61,300 nucleotides of DNA from a virus (lineage: Duplodnaviria > Caudoviricetes). Positions 58,700 to 61,300 of the stretch are shown here, in pieces; the first letter of the stretch is position 1; each line of letters begins with the position of its first letter. The stretch spans positions 1-61,300 of IMG/VR virus record IMGVR_UViG_3300021961_006819. One strand, 5' to 3'. The notes below the pieces were generated by a model. The model worked only from the letters and a program-made list of their open reading frames with translations, did no database searches and was not told the origin of the DNA. The position numbers and the translations under genes were made by a program.

Positions 58700-58879
58700 A
58701 TGAAGTATAACCAAGGGTATATCCCCAAAATTAATTACTGGGTAGAGAAACTACTCAAGGCATCAACGCCATTAGAACAGGCAAACGCATTAAGTAAGGT
58801 AAGGTACTTCCAGAAGAGGCATAAAGAGGTGTACGGGTCAGTCCCCACCATCCACGACCTCTCATATGGAGTAGAGTAA
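58700..58879 (+). CDS. Small hypothetical protein, 59 aa
   Basis: Not in ORF track; MKYNQGYIPKINYW..KVRYFQKRHKEVYG. Confidence 0.5.
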   Translation: MKYNQGYIPKINYWVEKLLKASTPLEQANALSKVRYFQKRHKEVYGSVPTIHDLSYGVE

Positions 58880-59079
58880 TAGAGATAGCCCACAAACCCC
58901 GTAAGCCGTTATAGGCGATGAAAGACACTCGCGCAGGGGGGGTGGGCATTATCTTGTAAACCTATGAGTATCAATGAGTTATGAACGCGTGTAGTCCGTT
59001 TTCATATCGAGCCCGGTTTTTTCGCTGGGGAGAAAAGTCCCCTCCAAGCCCGTGAGGACACGAAATGAAGTAAAATAAA

Positions 59080-59111
59080 TTTGGTTAATTCAGATAAATG
59101 TTGTATATTTG
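59080..59111 (+). promoter_or_regulatory. Bacteroidetes sigma70-type promoter
   Basis: TTTG 59080, N20, TATATTTG 59104. Confidence 0.75.
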
Positions 59112-59117
59112 TAAACT

Positions 59118-59423
59118 ATGGAAAAGATAATTAGAGATGGTAAGGTAGGTGTACTGATATCTGCCGGATGGGGAGCTGGGTTCTCCTCGTGGGGATTTCC
59201 CCTTGAAGCAGTTTTCTCCCCTACCCTAATCGATATGGTAGAGAGGGAAGATTACCACTCTGCTGTGGAGTATTGTGAAACCAATTGGAAGGGCAACTAT
59301 TGTGGTGGTATCTTTGACTTGGAAGTTTATTGGGTACAAGAAGGTCGTAAGTTTCAGATTACGGAATACGATGGTGCTGAAACTATTGAGTTTGAGGATG
59401 AAATACATTGGATAACCGCCTGA
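59118..59423 (+). CDS. Conserved phage hypothetical protein
   Basis: VLISAGWGAGFSSW..ITEYDGAE. Confidence 0.7.
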   Translation: MEKIIRDGKVGVLISAGWGAGFSSWGFPLEAVFSPTLIDMVEREDYHSAVEYCETNWKGNYCGGIFDLEVYWVQEGRKFQITEYDGAETIEFEDEIHWITA

Positions 59424-59638
59424 TGAAGAACCCCCTATACTATGTACAAGCTTACCGATGGGGTAAGATGGACAACCATTCATATGTGGTTGGGGTATGG
59501 GATAATTCTACCCAAGCCCAATCAGCCGCTGTGATGGAAGAGGTCTATCGTGGTGGTAAATACGAATGTGTTGTGTACCTATGTGAACTTAATCAACCCC
59601 TTGAACCTTGGACCGATGATTCAACCGATGACCTCTGA
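59423..59638 (+). CDS. Hypothetical protein
   Basis: AYRWG..HSYVVGV..RGGKYEC; TGATG-coupled. Confidence 0.6.
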   Translation: MKNPLYYVQAYRWGKMDNHSYVVGVWDNSTQAQSAAVMEEVYRGGKYECVVYLCELNQPLEPWTDDSTDDL

Positions 59639-59867
59639 ACAATTATCAGCTCTTCTAAAGATGTGTTATCATTCTGACTATAAGGTAGATAGAGGTTCTC
59701 GTTGGTATCATCTCCATCATATGGGTTATGAACCCTCTACGGATACTCACACCTTTAGGATGTCCTACTCTGAAGGTATAGATGTAGATTTTAATTCTCG
59801 TACCCATATACACACTATTGAATCAGAGTCCCTTCGTTATATGTATAATCATTATATGAGCAAATAA
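59628..59867 (+). CDS. Hypothetical protein
   Basis: Start ATG 59628. Confidence 0.5.
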   Translation: MTSEQLSALLKMCYHSDYKVDRGSRWYHLHHMGYEPSTDTHTFRMSYSEGIDVDFNSRTHIHTIESESLRYMYNHYMSK

Positions 59868-59902
59868 TTTTTTATGTCACCAATTTTTAACACCAACGAG
59901 AA

Positions 59903-60034
59903 ATGAAACAAGAAGAACCAAGCAACGATATGTGCGAATGCAAAATCCCACAACCACAAATCAAAGTCAGTGAAAATGGAACATATGCGTACTGCACAAA
60001 ATGCATAAGAACAATTAACACTAACAAGAAATGA
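59903..60034 (+). CDS. Cassette ORF: small Cys-rich (CxC..CxxC) protein, 43 aa
   Basis: Not in ORF track; MKQEEPSNDMCECK..YCTKCIRTINTNKK. Confidence 0.55.
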   Translation: MKQEEPSNDMCECKIPQPQIKVSENGTYAYCTKCIRTINTNKK

Positions 60035-60234
60035 AACAGACAGCAGTAGAGTGGCAACACATTGAGTTATCAAAATTTCTTTATGGAAAATCAGAATTTA
60101 CAGACGCAAATGATATTCTAATTAAAGCCAAAGAAATGGAGAAGGAGCAGATGATTGATTGGTATGCTACGGGGCAGGCAGATACAGTAAATATGTATGA
60201 GCAACACCTCAACAAAACCGTTAACACCAAATAG
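60031..60234 (+). CDS. Cassette ORF: MKQTAVEW-type small phage protein
   Basis: MKQTAVEW..AKEMEKEQM. Confidence 0.65.
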   Translation: MKQTAVEWQHIELSKFLYGKSEFTDANDILIKAKEMEKEQMIDWYATGQADTVNMYEQHLNKTVNTK

Positions 60235-60236
60235 AG

Positions 60237-60755
60237 ATGAAAACACCAATACAAGAGTTGATTGAGAAACTTAAGGACTTATATTATTATGACCTTAAAG
60301 AAGGCATACGAAATGGGGCGATACTTGTGGATATTGAGTTGTCGCAAGAACTTCTTGAGAAAGAGAAGAAATTTATGGCAGATGTTTGGCTTGATGCACA
60401 AGTAGCACATCAAGGAGATGGATACATTAAACCATCTGACCCAACATTTGATGAGTATTATGAAAAAACCTTTAACACCAAAAGAGAAATGAAAGAGTAT
60501 AGAAAGATTGCAACAGTCAAAGCTAAGTTGTTTGAAAAAGGCGATGAAGATGGAATGATTCACAAAGACGGTATACTTGGAGTAATGCAAGATGCTAAGT
60601 ACGGACTTAAACCAGACTTGGTGCCATATATCTCAACATTAAAGAATCAGCATCACAGGGGTGAGTTTGGAAAACACTACCTGTGTGTTGGAATCAAAGG
60701 TGAGAAATGGCTCGTAGAGAAAGAAATCTTTGAGAGTACATATGAAGCTATCTAA
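60237..60755 (+). CDS. In-frame fusion of two cassette ORFs (second begins at ATG 60489)
   Basis: MKTPIQELIE..FDEYYEKTFNTKRE then MKEYRKIATVKA; internal repeat copy at 60471. Confidence 0.65.
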   Translation: MKTPIQELIEKLKDLYYYDLKEGIRNGAILVDIELSQELLEKEKKFMADVWLDAQVAHQGDGYIKPSDPTFDEYYEKTFNTKREMKEYRKIATVKAKLFEKGDEDGMIHKDGILGVMQDAKYGLKPDLVPYISTLKNQHHRGEFGKHYLCVGIKGEKWLVEKEIFESTYEAI

Positions 60756-60786
60756 AACCTTTAACACCAAATAGAAATGGCAAAAT

Positions 60787-60883
60787 AGTCAGGTGGCGGA
60801 TTGGGTAGACGCTAAAACGGTAATAGTCACGTAGATTACCATAGTTTAAAACGTACGAACAGGTTCGATTCCTGTCCTGACTA
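60787..60883 (+). ncRNA. tRNA-like RNA with canonical acceptor, D and T arms but aberrant anticodon region
   Basis: AGTCAGG/CCTGACT acceptor; TGGCGGATTGGGTAGACGC D arm; ACAGG-TTCGATT-CCTGT T arm; GGTAAT/ATTACC stem with 10-nt loop. Confidence 0.7.
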
Positions 60884-60906
60884 CAAGCCTTTAACACCAA
60901 AGAGAA

Positions 60907-61179
60907 ATGAAACATATTATTGAACAATTAAAAGAACAGAGAGAAAAAGCAAAACATAAATTTGTTGAAATGTCTATAATTAAGAGATGTAGCAAAAACG
61001 ATTCAGATATTCCAGATACTGATTCATACCTTGACGAGGTAATAGCAATAGATGAAGCAATATCTGTTTTGGAAAATCACCTACAAAACAAATTGACAGA
61101 AAGTCTATCAGACCACACGAATAGTTATACCTATTACCCACAGGAACACAAAACAATCTTTAACACCAAAGAGAAATGA
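60907..61179 (+). CDS. Cassette ORF: hypothetical protein
   Basis: Starts and ends in junction repeats (FNTKEK stop). Confidence 0.6.
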   Translation: MKHIIEQLKEQREKAKHKFVEMSIIKRCSKNDSDIPDTDSYLDEVIAIDEAISVLENHLQNKLTESLSDHTNSYTYYPQEHKTIFNTKEK

Positions 61180-61300
61180 CACAAGAAGAATTAGCAGATA
61201 AGATTCTTGCACGTTACGAAGATGACAGAGAATATCATTTTTTCCGGGTAGATAGAGAATGGATTATTGAAGCAATGATTGAGTTTGCAAATAAAGTTAA
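61176..61300 (+). CDS. Cassette ORF, 3'-truncated
   Basis: MTQEELADKIL..WIIEAMIEFA runs off the window. Confidence 0.55.
   Translation, partial: MTQEELADKILARYEDDREYHFFRVDREWIIEAMIEFANKV

Larger units (their letters stand above)
59886..61178 (+). repeat. Seven dispersed copies of a ~20-bp junction repeat TTTAACACCAAAGAGAAATG
   Basis: Copies at 59886, 60014, 60220, 60471, 60760, 60890 and 61159, each ending in the ATG of the next ORF. Confidence 0.9.

Noticed and set aside
560-60590. All other minus-strand ORFs and nested alternative-frame + ORFs in the track
   Set aside because: They lie within or opposite well-supported + strand genes and lack recognisable motifs
60787-60883. Assignment as a specific tRNA isotype
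   Set aside because: No 7-nt anticodon loop can be defined, so no anticodon is called
59886-61178. CRISPR array interpretation of the 20-bp repeats
   Set aside because: Spacing is 128-289 bp and irregular, intervening sequences are ORFs, the repeat is not palindromic and no cas operon is present
1-61300. Stop-codon reassignment (alternative genetic code)
   Set aside because: Known proteins are full length under code 11 and end at TAA, TAG or TGA with tight packing
1-61300. Bacterial chromosome or plasmid origin of the window
   Set aside because: T4-like replisome, single-strand dense small ORFs and lysis genes; groEL, kdsB and T9SS-substrate genes are embedded among phage genes with the same sequence biases

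Overview
This window is a 61.3 kb segment of a large, T4-like (probably jumbo) dsDNA phage infecting a Bacteroidota host, most likely Flavobacteriia-like. Every credible gene is on the + strand. Host evidence: about 15 Bacteroidetes sigma70-type promoters (TTTG-N19/20-TAnnTTTG), type IX secretion (T9SS) sorting domains and a Bacteroidetes-type histone-H1-like gene. Gene order: (1) 1-11.6 kb, replication module (family B polymerase, sliding clamp, both clamp-loader subunits, PD-(D/E)XK nuclease) interleaved with candidate DNA-modification genes (Mom-like, GT-B glycosyltransferase, DUF4338/DruA-like, DUF1599); (2) 11.6-25 kb, glycan biosynthesis island with an aldolase-KdsB fusion; (3) 25.5-27 kb, endolysin and holin; (4) 27-34.4 kb, secreted cohesin/dockerin, CsgG-like and beta-barrel cluster; (5) 34.4-42.3 kb, probable head-packaged proteins and small enzymes; (6) 42.4-57.4 kb, early/auxiliary genes (TspO, GroES, HNH, GroEL, J-domain, carbamoyltransferase, nuclease, T9SS type B protein, Nudix, Smr); (7) 57.4-59.1 kb, largely non-coding region with DnaA boxes and repeated palindromes (candidate origin or terminus); (8) 59.9-61.3 kb, array of small gene cassettes, one of them a tRNA-like RNA, joined by a conserved 20-bp repeat. 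The strongest candidates for an undescribed system are the cassette array, the cohesin/dockerin-T9SS surface module and the possibly clamp-tethered DNA-modification set. All family calls come from motif recognition by eye; no database searches were run.
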